A DNA stretch of 64,000 bases, from positions 9,734,001 through 9,798,000 of the forward strand of contig CM075995.1 of NCBI GenBank assembly GCA_038087875.1. Reading direction: 5' to 3'. A program made the position numbers and the translations under genes. The notes under the pieces were generated by a model that made no database searches, had not been told where the DNA came from, and saw only the letters and a program-made list of their open reading frames with translations. This DNA is from Malacoraja senta (Eukaryota). Positions 10,436 to 23,491 of this stretch are shown in pieces; positions within the stretch are counted from its first letter, which is position 1; each line of letters opens with the position of its first letter.

Positions 10436-13400
10436 CTGCACATATAAGAACAAGGAACTCATCAGTGATAACAAAGCATGCAACCATCGTCCAGCACCAG
10501 AAGCAGGTGAGCAGTGGCCCTTGTGCCTGCTTTATCATTCATCCAATCTTTTACCAAAGCTTCTGTTCCCAATGCTTTAACCTATAAATATTTATGAATC
10601 TTTGTCTTGAATGTCTTGTCTTGTTTTATTACGTACATTAAAAGATTAAGGAGATAAAGGAAGGAATTAATGCCAAGAGTTAGATGTAGATGAGGTATAA
10701 ATGATTGTTTGCATGTGTATTCACCAAGAAGGACAAAGAGGACAGTGAGATCAATGTGGAGGTGTTGGGGCCTTGACAAGCATTAAAGTGGATAGACTCC
10801 TAGGGCCTGATAGGATCTATCCCAGGTTATTGAGAGGCAAGACAGATTTCAGGGACCTTGATGAAAATGTTTGTATCCGCTTTAGCCATAGGCGAGGTCC
10901 TGGAGTTATGAATGTTGTTCCCTTTGTTTAAGAAGGGAAGTAGAGATAAACCTTAAATTATAGCCGGTGAGCTTGACGTCAATGGTAGAGAAGCTACCCA
11001 TGAATGTTCTTTGGGTAAGATTCTTGCATTTGGAAAATAATGGGATAGGCTTTGTAATTTGAAGGCCATGTTTTACACACGAGTGAGTTGTTTGAAGAGG
11101 TGGGTGGGGAAAGGTAAAGTCAAGGCAGAGCAATAGTGAAAGGAGTCTTGTTAGTTAGGGCACAGACAGGAGATTCTATGCAAGCAAATGGGACTCCGGG
11201 ATGGTGTTGCCTCCCTCGTGCATGACCTCAAAGTTGATAATCTGGATATTCCCTGTGCCACGTGCCAGTGAAGATAGGTGAATGTGTGGTTGAGGAGTTG
11301 GTGCAGGGCAAGTATTCAGATTCTTGGATGATTGGGATCTCTTCTGGGGCCAAGGTGACCTGTACAAGAGGGACAGAGGTTGTAACTGAGCTAAAGGGGG
11401 ACCAAGATCCTGGGAGGAAAATTTGCTTGTACTAACGCCAGCACAGAATGCCACAGGAGATCCTTTTCCCCTATGGCTAGCAAACTGTACAACTCCTGCC
11501 CCTTCTGTCATGGGGTAAACTGACACCCTTTGCCCTCCCTCCATCCCCCTCCCCAATCTTCACACATCCCCAATCCTGGACTTTCACGTGTTTAAGAAGG
11601 AACTGCAGATGCTGAAAAATCAAAAGTAGACAAAAAATGCTGGAGAAACAGCGGGTGAGGCAGCATCTATGGAGAGAAGGAATAGGCGACGTTTCGGTCG
11701 AGATCCTTCTTCAGACTGATGTCGGGAGGGGCAACACCTCCGCTCAGTTCATACTAACAACCCGATTTCCTGGTTGCTCAGCACTTCAACTCCCCTCCCA
11801 CCCCCAATCTGACTTTCTGTCCTGGGCCTCCTCCATTGCCAGAGTGAGGCCCACCGCAAATTGGAGGAACAGCACCTCATATTTCGCTTACGAAGTTTAC
11901 ACCCCAGCGGTATGAACATTGACTTTTCAAATTTTAGATAGCCCTGGCTTCTCCTCCTTCGTCTCCCTTTCCCAGCTTCCAGCTCTCCCACAAGTCTACT
12001 GGCTCCGCCTCTTCCTTCGTTTTCCCGCACCCCACCCCCACCTCCGGACATCAGTCTGAAGAAGGGCCTCGACCCGAAACATCGCCTAATCCTTCTCTCC
12101 ATATATGCTGCCTCACCCGCTGAGTTTCCCCAGCATTATTTGTCTACTCTGGACTTTCCACGTGTCACTTTAATTTCATGTTTCATGTATTTTGTGTTTT
12201 ATGACTGTTGGCAGATCAATTTCCCTCCTGGGATAAATAAAGTTCCATCGTATCATATCATAATTGGGAGGGTTTAAACTAGATTGGTATTTGGGTGGAG
12301 AGGTAGTGGATGATCTCAGGGCGTGGACTGACTTGGGGAACTGGGATATTATTGCTATAACAGAAACATGACTGAGAGAAGGGCAAGACTGGCAGCTCAG
12401 TGTTCCAGGGTATAGGTGCAGGGGGAGAGAAGGAGATGTAGATGTAGAAGGAGAGCAGGGGCTGGGGGCTTTTTGATGAGGGAGGACATTACTACAATGC
12501 TCAGAGAGGATGTTCGTGGGGAATTGTCCAGTCAGGCTACACGGGTACAAATTAGAATTAAGGAGCGGGTGATCACTTTGATGGGACAGGATGATGGACT
12601 TCCCAATAGTGAGTGGAGATTAGAGGATCAGATGTGCAGAGAGATGGCAGAGAGCTGTAAAAACAGGGTGGTACCGGTGGGAGATTTCAACTTCCCTTAT
12701 ATTGACTGTGTCTCCCAAAGTGTAAAAGGCTTGGATGGAATGGAATTTGTTAAGTGTATCCAAAAGGCTTCCTTAATGAATATATAGAGAGCCCTACTAG
12801 AGAGGGACCAACACGGGGTCTCCGCTTGGGTGGAGAGGTAAGGCAGGTGAGTCAGTGGGGGAACATTTTGGGACCAGTGACCATAATTCTAGTCGCCCTA
12901 AAGCAGTAATGGAGAAGGATAGGACTGGTCCACAAGTTAAGGCCCTAAATAGGGGCAAGGCTGATTTTGGAGGCATTGAACGGGAACTTGCAGAGGTCGA
13001 CTGATGGTAACTGGACACCTGGCAAGTCGGAGACTTTAAGTGAGATCACAAACCAGGGACAGCACTATCCAGTTCAGATGAAGAGCAAGTTCTGGCATAT
13101 TTAGGGAAGTTGAACAAGAGTTGAAGAGGCACTTGTCAGGAAAACGAATAATGTTTAGGCTGTTGGGATCAAGCAAATCCCTTGGCAAGTATAAGACTTG
13201 CAGGATTACAGTTAAGGGCATGGTCGTGTATGAATGTTTTTACTTGGGTAGCATGTAAAACAGTTTTTCACAGTGCCTTGGTACACATTGCAATAGCAAG
13301 GAAGAGCAAGAACAAGAGATAAAGGACAATTCCAAGAGACCCTGCAGGTATATTATGAGTAAAGGGGGCTTCGAAGAGAATGGATTCCCTGAGCGATCGG

Positions 13401-16400
13401 CATGGCCAGCCATGTGTGGAGACACGGCACATGGGTGAGATTTTCAATGAATATTTCTAAGCTAATTTGAAAAGAACAGCGCAACACAGAAACAGGGCCA
13501 TTGGCCCAAAATGTCCTTGCCCAACATGATACCAAACTAATCTAATCTTGTCTGCTTGCACGTGATCTATATCCCTCCATTCCATGCACATCCATTTGCC
13601 TACCTTAAACCTTCTTATGCACCCACTATCATATCTGCTTCCACTACCGACCCTGGTAAAACATCGAAGCTGTTAAGGGTCGTGCCATTTACTGTATTCT
13701 TCAATGAACTCTCAAAGTGCACACCAAACACATGCCCGGATCAAACTCCATCTGCCATTTCTCTGCCTATATATGTTGGCGATCTGTATTCCACTTTATC
13801 CTTTATGCCTTCCTCAATGTCAGATGACTCAAATGTTGGTGTCATCTACAAGCCTAATAATCAACACTTATGTCCAAATCATTCATATATATATTATATA
13901 TTATATATTAGTGTGTGTGTGTGTGTGTGTATGTGTGTGTGCGCACATATATATNNNNNNNNNNNNNNNNNNNNNNNNNNNNNNNNNNNNNNNNNNNNNN
14001 NNNNNNNNNNNNNNNNNNNNNNNNNNNNNNNNNNNNNNNNNNNNNNNNNNNNNNNNNNNNNNNNNNNNNNNNNNNNNNNNNNNNNNNNNNNNNNNNNNNN
14101 NNNNNNNNNNNACAGACCTCCAGCCTGAATAATGTTCTTCCATCACAACCCTCTGTCTTCTAACAGTAAACCAGTCTGAATTGAAACAACCAAGTCACCG
14201 TGAATCTCAAGTATCTTAATCTTCTGGATCAGCTACACAAGGGAATGTCTTACTAACATCCATGTAGACAATATCCATTGCCCTATTCTCACTGATCACC
14301 TTTGTCACCTCCTCGAAAACTCAATGAACTTAGTAAAACATGCTAACTGTCCCTAATTAGCCCATTATCTTCCTAATTGGAACAACCTGTCTGGAAGAAT
14401 CCTCTGACATCTTCCTTTGAGGCACACCGGCCATTTTTTTCCTGGATTATCCGCATCTCCCTAGTTTATCTTTATTTCCATTCTTAAACAAGACTTCATC
14501 AATTCCATTGGGCTTTGGGGATTTATCCATCTTAATGCTCTATAAGAGGCCCAATACTACCTTCTACTTGATCTCAAACTGCCCTTGCCTATTACTTTAT
14601 TCCACGCGGATCTCACTGTCCCCCATGTCCTTCTCCTTGGAGAATACCCCAATCGTACATTAAGGTTAGGGTTACTTCAAGTAACCCCTGCATTCCCCTC
14701 TCTCCATCCCTCCGCTTTCCCAGTTCTCCGACAAGTCTGACTGTCTCCGAGTACATTATATCTCTGTTTGCTTTGTTGTTACCTTCTGCTAGCTAACCAT
14801 GATCTATCCTACATTTTCCATGATCTACATCCACCTTTGTCCTGGTTTCACACCTTACACTTCCTTATCTACGTATTTCCCTCTCCCATGACATCAGTCT
14901 GAAGAAGGGTCTCGACCCAAAACATCACCCATTCCTTCGCTCCAGAGATGCTGCCTGTCCGGCTGAGTTACTCCAGCATTCTGTGCCAATCTTCGGTTTA
15001 AACCAGCATCTGCAGTTCCTTCCAACACAACCCCTCATAATATAGGTGTCCCATCCCGTCACCCTCCTCCACTCCAGGATATTATTGCTATTGATGGAGT
15101 GCAGCGTACGTTCACCAGGTTAATTCCCGGGATGGCGGGATTGACGTATGATGAAAGAATGGGTCGACTGGGCTTGTATTCACTGGAATTTAGGATGAGA
15201 GGATATCTTATAGAAATATATAAAATTATTAAGGGATTGGACAGAATGCAGGAAAAAATGTCCCGATGTTGGGGGAGTCCAGAACCAGGGGTCACAGTTT
15301 AAGAATAAGGGGTAGGCCATTTAGAACTGAGATGAGGAAAAACCTTTTAACACGGAGAGTTGTGAATTTGTGGAATTCTCTGCCTCAGACGGCAGTGGAG
15401 GCCAATTCACAGGATGCATTCAAGAGTGAGTTAGATTTAGCTCTTAGGGCTAAGGGAATCAAGGGATATGGGGAGAAGACAGGAGCGTGGTACTGATTGT
15501 GGATGATCAGCCGTTATCACATTGAATGGCGATACTGGCTCGAAGGGCCGAATAGCCTACTCCTGCACCTGTGTTCTATGTATCTATGTAACAGGACCAA
15601 CCTCCCTAATCTCTCCTTGTACCTGAGCTGTCCTTTCTCAACCTGGGTACAATGAGGTCAGGTCAGCAAGGATCAGATCAGGTCAGGACCTACCTCCTTG
15701 GTTTTCTGCTGCAGCAACTCTGCCTCTTTCCTCAGCTTCTCCTTCTCACTCTCCAACTCAGCGATAGCCATCTGCAACTCGCTCGCCTCCTGCTTGCTCT
15801 GCTTCCACTGGTGCTCCAGTCTCTCCACAATGCTGTTCTTTTCCCTGGTGCTCTGCTCAGTTTCATGAAGCCTCAAGCCGATCTGTTTTGCCTCATCCTT
15901 GAACTTCTGAGCCTCTCTCTCTGCCTTGCCCTGGGCATCTGTCAGTTCCGATACCAGGGCCTTCAGCTGATCGGCTTCGTCGCTGATCTCCTGTTGCCGT
16001 CTCCGCTCCTCCTCCAAAGCCTTCTGGAACTCCTCTGCCTCCTCATGGCGACGTTGCTGCATCTCCTGCTTGTCCTTTGACAGTTTCTTGGCCTGCTGCT
16101 GCGCCTTGTCTCTCTGCTTCTGCAGCATCTCAGCCTCGGCCTTTAGCCTGCTCGCCTCCTGGATGGCCTGCATCTTCTCCTTCAGCATCTTGTCGGCCAG
16201 AGCCCGCTGCTGGGCCAGGTCTTCCTCAGCCAGTCTCCTCTGCCGGGCAGCCTCCTGGGCTTCCACGCTAAGGCGGGCCGCCTCCTCTGCCAGCTGCCGC
16301 ATCTTCTTTGCCTCCTCCGCCAGGTGCTTCTGGGTGTTGTCCTTGTCCTTCAGCACCAGCATCTTGTTCTCCTCCTCGATCCTGCCCTTCAGTTTGATCA

Positions 16401-19400
16401 GCTCCTCCATCTGTACCCGCACCTTCAGGAGCTCCCCCTCCGCCTGGTTCTTCTGCTTCATGGACTCGCTCACCTCAGCCTTCAGCCGCTGCAGCTCTTC
16501 GTCCAGCACCTCCTTCTGGTGGTCCGTCTGCTCCAGACGCAGCTTGATCTTGGCCAGCTCCTGCTCCACGCTGGCCTTCTGCCGCAGGGTCTGCTCCGCA
16601 AACTTCTTGTGCTTCTCCATGTCGGCGTCAGCGGCTTGCTTCTGCCTCAGAGCTGCCTGCTCGGCCTGTGCTCTCCGTGCAGCTTCCAGCTCAGCCTCCT
16701 TCCTCTGCTGCTCGGCAGCCTGCTGGGCCTGGGCCTTGAGGCCAGCCTCCTGCTCGGCCTGTTGCTGCAGCCGCTCCGCCTCCTCGGCTTGCTGTCTGCA
16801 CAGGGCGGCCTCGCGCTCTGCCTGCACCCGGGCCTGCTGGGCCTCTTCGGCCAGTCGCCGGGCCTGCTCGGCCTGCTCCCGCAGGCTGCCCAGCGCACTC
16901 TGTTCCTGTAGCCGGCTCTGCAGCAACTCCTCCTCCTTCTGCTGCACGGCTGCCTGGTGCGCCTTCTCCTCGGCCACAAGCCGCTGCTGGGCCGCCTCCT
17001 GGGCAAGGCTGACCTGCCTGTCTGCCTCTTGCTCCGCCACCTCTTTCTGCTTCCACGCCTCCTCCGCCCTCCTCTTCAGCCGCTTCACCTCCTCCAGGGC
17101 TGCCTGCCGCTGTCGCCCTGCCTCCTCCTCTGCCGCCAGGATCTCCTTTACTCTGCGCTCTGCCTCCTGCCTCCTCCTCGCCTCCTCGCCCGCCATCCCT
17201 CGCTGCCTCTCTGCTTCCTCCTCCGCCTCCTGCTTGCTGCGCTGAGTCTCCTCAGCCACCCTCTTCAGCTTGGCCAGCTCGATCTCCAGGTCTGACTTGC
17301 CCTCTGAGGCCTTCTCGAAGTTGAGCTTCAGGACCCTGATCTCCTCCTCCACAATACGCCTCTGCTTCAGGGTCTCCTCCACCACCACCTTCTGCCGCTC
17401 CAGCTCCACATCCGAGCTCTTCCTCAGCTGCAGAATCCTTTTCTCAATGTCCTGCTTATGCTGCATGGCTTGTTCTTCCAGAAGCTTCCGTTGAAAGGCC
17501 TCGTCTTCAGCCAGGCGCCGCAAGCGCTCGTTCTCCGCTTCTTTCTCCTTCAGAACCATCTCAGCCTCCGTCTTCAGACGGGTTCCTTCGTTAATGGCTG
17601 CCAGCTTCTCCTTCAGGATCCTCTCTGCCTCGCTGCGCTGATGCACCACCTCTTCCTCGGCAAGCTGCCTCTGCCGTTTAGCCTCCTCCGCCACAGCCCG
17701 CAGCCTGCCCGCCTCGTCGGCCAGCTGCCTCATCCTCTCCGCCTCCTTCTCCAGGATCTGCTTGGTCTTCTCTGAGGTGGACCTGGTCTCCTCCTCCGTC
17801 TTCACTTTCAGCAGCAGCAAGGCCTCCATCTCGGCCTTCACCCGGGCCAGCTCCTCCTCCAGCAGCTTCCTCTGGTGGAGGACCTGGTTCACCTCATTCT
17901 TCAGTCGGTACAGTTCCTCCTCCAGGAGCAGCCTTTGCTGCTCCCCGTTGTCAGTCTCTGCCCGCAGCCGGATGAGCTCCTGCTCGGCAGCCAGCTTTTG
18001 CCCGGCTGTCTGGTCCGCCAGCCGTCTCTGTTTCTCCAGCTCCTGCTCCGCCATGTCCTTCTGCCGCAGCGCCGACTCCTCCGTCTTTGTCCTGCGCCTC
18101 GCCTCCCGGTCCGCCTCCTCCTTCTGCTTCTCTGCCTCCTCTTGCGCCAGTGATTTCTGGAGAGCCACCTCCTCTGCTTGTAACCGCAGGCGCAGAGCCT
18201 CGTTGGCCTTCTGCCTCCACTTCTCCAGCTCCATCTCCGCGCCCTCCTGCAGCCTCTTCAGCTCGGCCGCCTCCTGCTGCAGCTGGGCCACCGTCTGGTG
18301 CTCCTGCTGCAGGGATATCTCCAGCTGTAGCGTCTTCTCCTCGAAGGACATGCGCTTGCTCTGCAGCTCAGCCGCCGCACTTTTCCGGGCCACCTCTTGG
18401 GTCACCAGCAGTTGCTTCTCTTTTTCAATCTCTGCCTGCTTCATCCTCCGCTCCACCTCCTCCGCCACGTTCTTGAAGTGCTGCAGGTCCTCCAAGGCCT
18501 TCTGCTTCTCCCGAGCTGCGTCCCTCTCCGCCTGGATCTTCACCTTCAGCTGCTCCTCTGCCTGCTTCTTCTTGGACGTCTCATCATTGACCTGCCGGAG
18601 CAGTCTCTCTGCCTCATCCTGCGCCGTCTTCCTCTGCCGGTCTGCCTCATCTGCGCGACTCTTTAGCTGCAGCAGCTCTGATTCTGCCGCCGCTTTCTGC
18701 TTCTGCGCTGTCACCAGCTGGACATGGATAATGCGGATCTCCTCCTCCACCTTGGTACGACTGAGCAGCACCTCCTCCACCATGACAGTCTTTTTCCTGA
18801 TCTCCATCTCGGAGGAGCTTTGCAGCTGCTGGAATTCTTGCTGCACGTTCTGCTTCTGTTGCTCAGCATCCACTGCCACGGCCTCCCTCCTGGTCACCTC
18901 CTTCTCGATCCTCTGCTGCAGCTCCTTGGCCGCTTTCTCTGCCTCCACCTTGGCCTTGGCGTGGGCTGCAGCCAGCTCCTTCTGCCTCTCCAACTGCGCC
19001 TCCACCTCTTCCAGCCGCCGACGTTCCTCCTCCTTCATCTTCTCAGCAGCTTCCTAAAGACCAACACACAAGGGCAGGGTTAGTGAGGGAGCGGTCTCGG
19101 GCAGTGGAAGAGATGAGTGTAGTTGTGCAGACCCCGTTCACCAACACACGAGGGCAAGGTCAGTGAGGGGCAGGGTTAGTGAGGGAGCATTCCCACCCTG
19201 TGGAAGAGATGAGTGTAGGTGTGGAGACCCCGTTCACCAACACACAGGCGCAGGGGCAATGAGGGGCAGGGCCAGTGAGGGGCAGGGCCAGTGAGGGGAA
19301 GGGCCAGTGAGGGGCAGGGCCAGTGAGGGGCAGGGCCAGTGAGGGGCAGGGCCAGTGAGGGGCAGGGCCAGTGAGGGGCAGGGCCAGTGAGGGGCAGGGC

Positions 19401-22400
19401 CAGTGAGGGAGCATTCCCACACTGTGGAAGAGATTACTGTAGTTGTGAAGACCCCGTTCACCATCACACAATGAGCCGGGGCTGGGTCTAGTTCAGCCCC
19501 TCCTCCCACCGGGCGCAGGAACTGCCTGATCACTGTGAGGTCAACACCGCGACTCCCACTGGGGGAGGGGAGGGAACTCTGGATCCCACTGGGAGAGGGG
19601 ATGGAGTTCTGTATCCCACTGGGAGGGGATGGAGTTCTGGATCCCACTGGGAGAGGGGACGGAGCTCTGGAACACTGCGAGAGGGGCAGGAATGTCAGAT
19701 ACCAGCTGGGGGTGAGAATGCTGGGAAATGGCAGGGTGCTTTGGAATACCAGTGGGAAGGGGGGTGGGGGGTGCACAGGGTGCAGTGGGGCACAGGGTGT
19801 GAGGGTGGACAGGATCTCACTGGAAGGAACAGCACAAGACATCAGGATGACAGAAAGCTGCAGAGATGTTGGGAGTGGTGGGCAGGAATACCACAGGGCA
19901 ATATCACCACAGCACAGTGATGGGGGAGGGCATGGACTATCCCGGCAATGAACACTCACACAACCCTGGAGCAGCCGAACCTTGATGGTGACACTTGACC
20001 CCGTCCCCGTCCCCTGTCCCCCTCGACCCATCCCCCCCGGCTACTCCCCGGACCCATCCCCCGACCCGTCCCCTCAAACCACCCGACCCATCCCCCCCAA
20101 TCCCCCAAACCGCCCCCCCCCCTCAATCCCCCGACCCATCCCCCGACACTTCCCACACCCGTCCCCCTCGACCCACCCATCCCCCCCGAGCCAACCCCCC
20201 ATCCCCTCGACCCATCCCGTCCCCCCGACCTCTCCTCCGAACCCATCTCCCCCCCATCCCATCCCCCTCAGCCACTCCCCACCCCCCCCCGACCCATCCC
20301 ACCCAGGGACTGCCGGTCACCTGAGCCATCTCCCCCTACCAGCTCCCAGTCACACAGACCACCGATCCCATGGACAGGGTTCTCGCCCACAGCACCCTGG
20401 ACCCTGAAGACCAGCCTATGCCAGAGGTGAGGGAGTGGATGGGAGACACAGAGCCGCTCTATGGCAAGGGTGGGCGCAGACACAGTGACTGATGGTGCGG
20501 CAGGGACAGCAGTGAGCATGCACAGACAGCAAACAGCAGGGTGACAAAGCGCAATTACCTTCACGGCCGCCAACCAACACACACATTCGCTGTGGCAAGC
20601 GCTGCACGAGAAAGCAGGGAGAAGTGTCAGCCTATAACAGCTCAGCTCAGGCAGCTAGGAAAGGCAGCTCACACTCACACCAACGCTCACACTCACCACC
20701 ACTCATTCACCATCACTCACACCAACGCTCACACTCACCCCTGCTCAATCAATCAGTTTTTATTCATCACATACACAATAAAGTGCAATGAAATGAATTT
20801 GCCAGCAGCTCACACACACCAATGCTCACACTCATCACTGCTCACACTCACACCAATGCTCACACTCACACCAATGCCCACACTCATCGCTGCTCACTCA
20901 CACCAATGCTCACCCTCACACCAATGCAACAGTCAACCACCACTCACAAACAACCCTGCTCACACTCGATCATACTACTGCTCAGTCAACCATCACTCAC
21001 ACACACACAAATGCTCACACTCATTCCCCTGTTCAGTCACACCTCTGCCGAATCACACCGACTCACACACACACAGAATCACACACACACTGACCCACAC
21101 TGTGGAATTCTCTGCCTCAGAGGGCGGTGGAGGCAGGTTCTCTGGATGCTTTCAAGAGAGAGCTAGATAGGGCTCTTAAAGATAGCGGAGTCAGGGGATA
21201 TGGGGAGAAGGCAGGAACGGGGTACTGATTGGGGAAGATCAGCCATGATCACATTGAATGGCCTACTGCACCTATTGTCTATTGTCCCACTGACTCACAC
21301 ACTAACCCACAAACCGCTGACCCACACACACTGACTCACACACTGACCCACACACACACACACACTGACCCCCCACANNNNNNNNNNNNNNNNNNNNNNN
21401 NNNNNNNNNNNNNNNNNNNNNNNNNNNNNNNNNNNNNNNNNNNNNNNNNNNNNNNNNNNNNNNNNNNNNNNNNNNNNNNNNNNNNNNNNNNNNNNNNNNN
21501 NNNNNNNNNNNNNNNNNNNNNNNNNNNNNNNNNNNNNNNNNNNNNNNNNNNNNNNNNNNNNNNNNNNNNNNNNNNNNNNNNNNNNNNNNNNNNNNNNNNN
21601 NNNNNNNNNNNNNNNNNNNNNNNNNACACACACACACTGACCCACACACACACTGACCCACACACACACACACTGACCCACACACACACTGACCCACACA
21701 CACACTGACCCACACACACACTGACCCACACACAAGCACACAGTGACCGCTCACCCTGACCAACCTCTGCAAGTATCCCATCCACATGCCGCACAAGTGA
21801 TCAAAAACCACACCGGCCTCCCCTTGCCCATGCGGTCACACCCCCACACCCTGCCCACCTCTACACACACTGCCCCTGACCACTACATAGTGTCCCTGAC
21901 CACTACCTCAAATTGTGTTTCTGATTTTCTTCTTTTTGGTGTTTTTGGAAGGAATTCTGTCCCTGATTTATGTATTGGTCTTTATAACCTTTTTTTTTTT
22001 TAAATTCTGATTATATGTTTTCTATAAATCTCTGTATGGTGTCCTTGAGACCTCGGTATAAGGCGCCCGTAAATAAAATCCATTATTATTATTATTACAC
22101 ACACTGCCAGTGACCACTACACACACTGCGGTGACCACTACACAGACTGCCAATGACCACTACATAATGTCCCTGACCACTACACAGACTGCCAGTGACC
22201 ACTACACACACTGCGGTGACCACTACACAGACTGCCAGTGACCACTACATAGTGTCCCTGACCACTACACAGACTGCCAGTGACCACTACACAGACTGCC
22301 AGTGACCACTACACAGACTGCCAGTGACCACTACACAGACTGCCAGTGACCACCACACACACTGCCAGTGACCACTACACAGACTGCCAGTGACCACTAC

Positions 22401-23457
22401 ACACACTGCCAATGGCCACTACGCAGACTGCCAGTGACCACTACACACACTGCCTCTGCCCCCAACTGCCGTAGCCTCACCTCCTCGTTCTCCAGCCGAT
22501 GCAGGGTGACAGTGATGAACTTCAGGTACTGGCTGGACAGTGTCATCAGCTCAATGTAGCGACTCCTCAGATCCACAACCTGCAACGAGAGCACAAAACA
22601 GGCTGAGTCTAGACAGCACAGAACAGGCTGAGTATAGAGAGCGCAGAGCAGGCTGGGTGCATAGAGCACAGAACAGGCTGGGTGTAGAGAGCACAGAACA
22701 GGCTGGGTGTAGAGAGCGCAAAACAGGCTCGGTGTAGAGAGCGCAGTACAGGCTGGGGGTAGAGAGCGCAGAACAGGCTGGGTGTAGAGAGCGCAGAACA
22801 GGCTGGGTGTAGACAGCACAGAACAGGCTGGGGGTAGAGAGCACCGAACGACCCAGGTGTAGAGAGCACAGAACAGGCTGGGGGTAGAGAGCACCGAACA
22901 GGCTGGGTGTAGAGAGCGCAGAACAGACTGGGTGTAGAGCATAGAACAGGCTGGGGGTAGAGCGTGCAGAATGTGCTGGAGTAGAGCTCGCACTGGCCAT
23001 GTGCTGTGGTTGGGCTCCGCAGAAATGATGGGAGATATTTGGTGGATGGGTTGGAGGGAGATGGGGAATAAATGCCATCCACCCAAGTGTGTTATTTGTC
23101 CATAACTCATTGGTTGGTGGAAGTCCGAAACAACGACACCTTCATGAATCCTGGGTGAAGTCACAGTCCTAGTGCAGCGTAGGCACAGACCCTTTGGCCC
23201 AACCAGTCAATGCTGTTCACTCCCATAAGGAGGGGGTGGGGGACATGTCACTGGATGTGTGGGAAGTTCTCCAGGGGAGAGAGATGTTGGTGACTGGATT
23301 CCCACCTCCTGAATGACGTTGTCTGATGCTGAGACCAGCTTCTGCTTCTTCACAGGAGACGCCACAGGTTCACTCTGGACTTTGTATGTCACCAACTGGA
23401 GCTCATAGTCCTGAAATGCAGAGACAGTCGGTGAGGATCCACGGTGTGGGTGTGTGG

Positions 23458-23491
<34 letters not shown>

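Noticed and set aside
15652-19083. Plus-strand Ser/Cys/Leu-rich ORFs of up to 431 aa
   Set aside because: Antisense to the GAG/CAG-rich rod exon; no independent coding signal.
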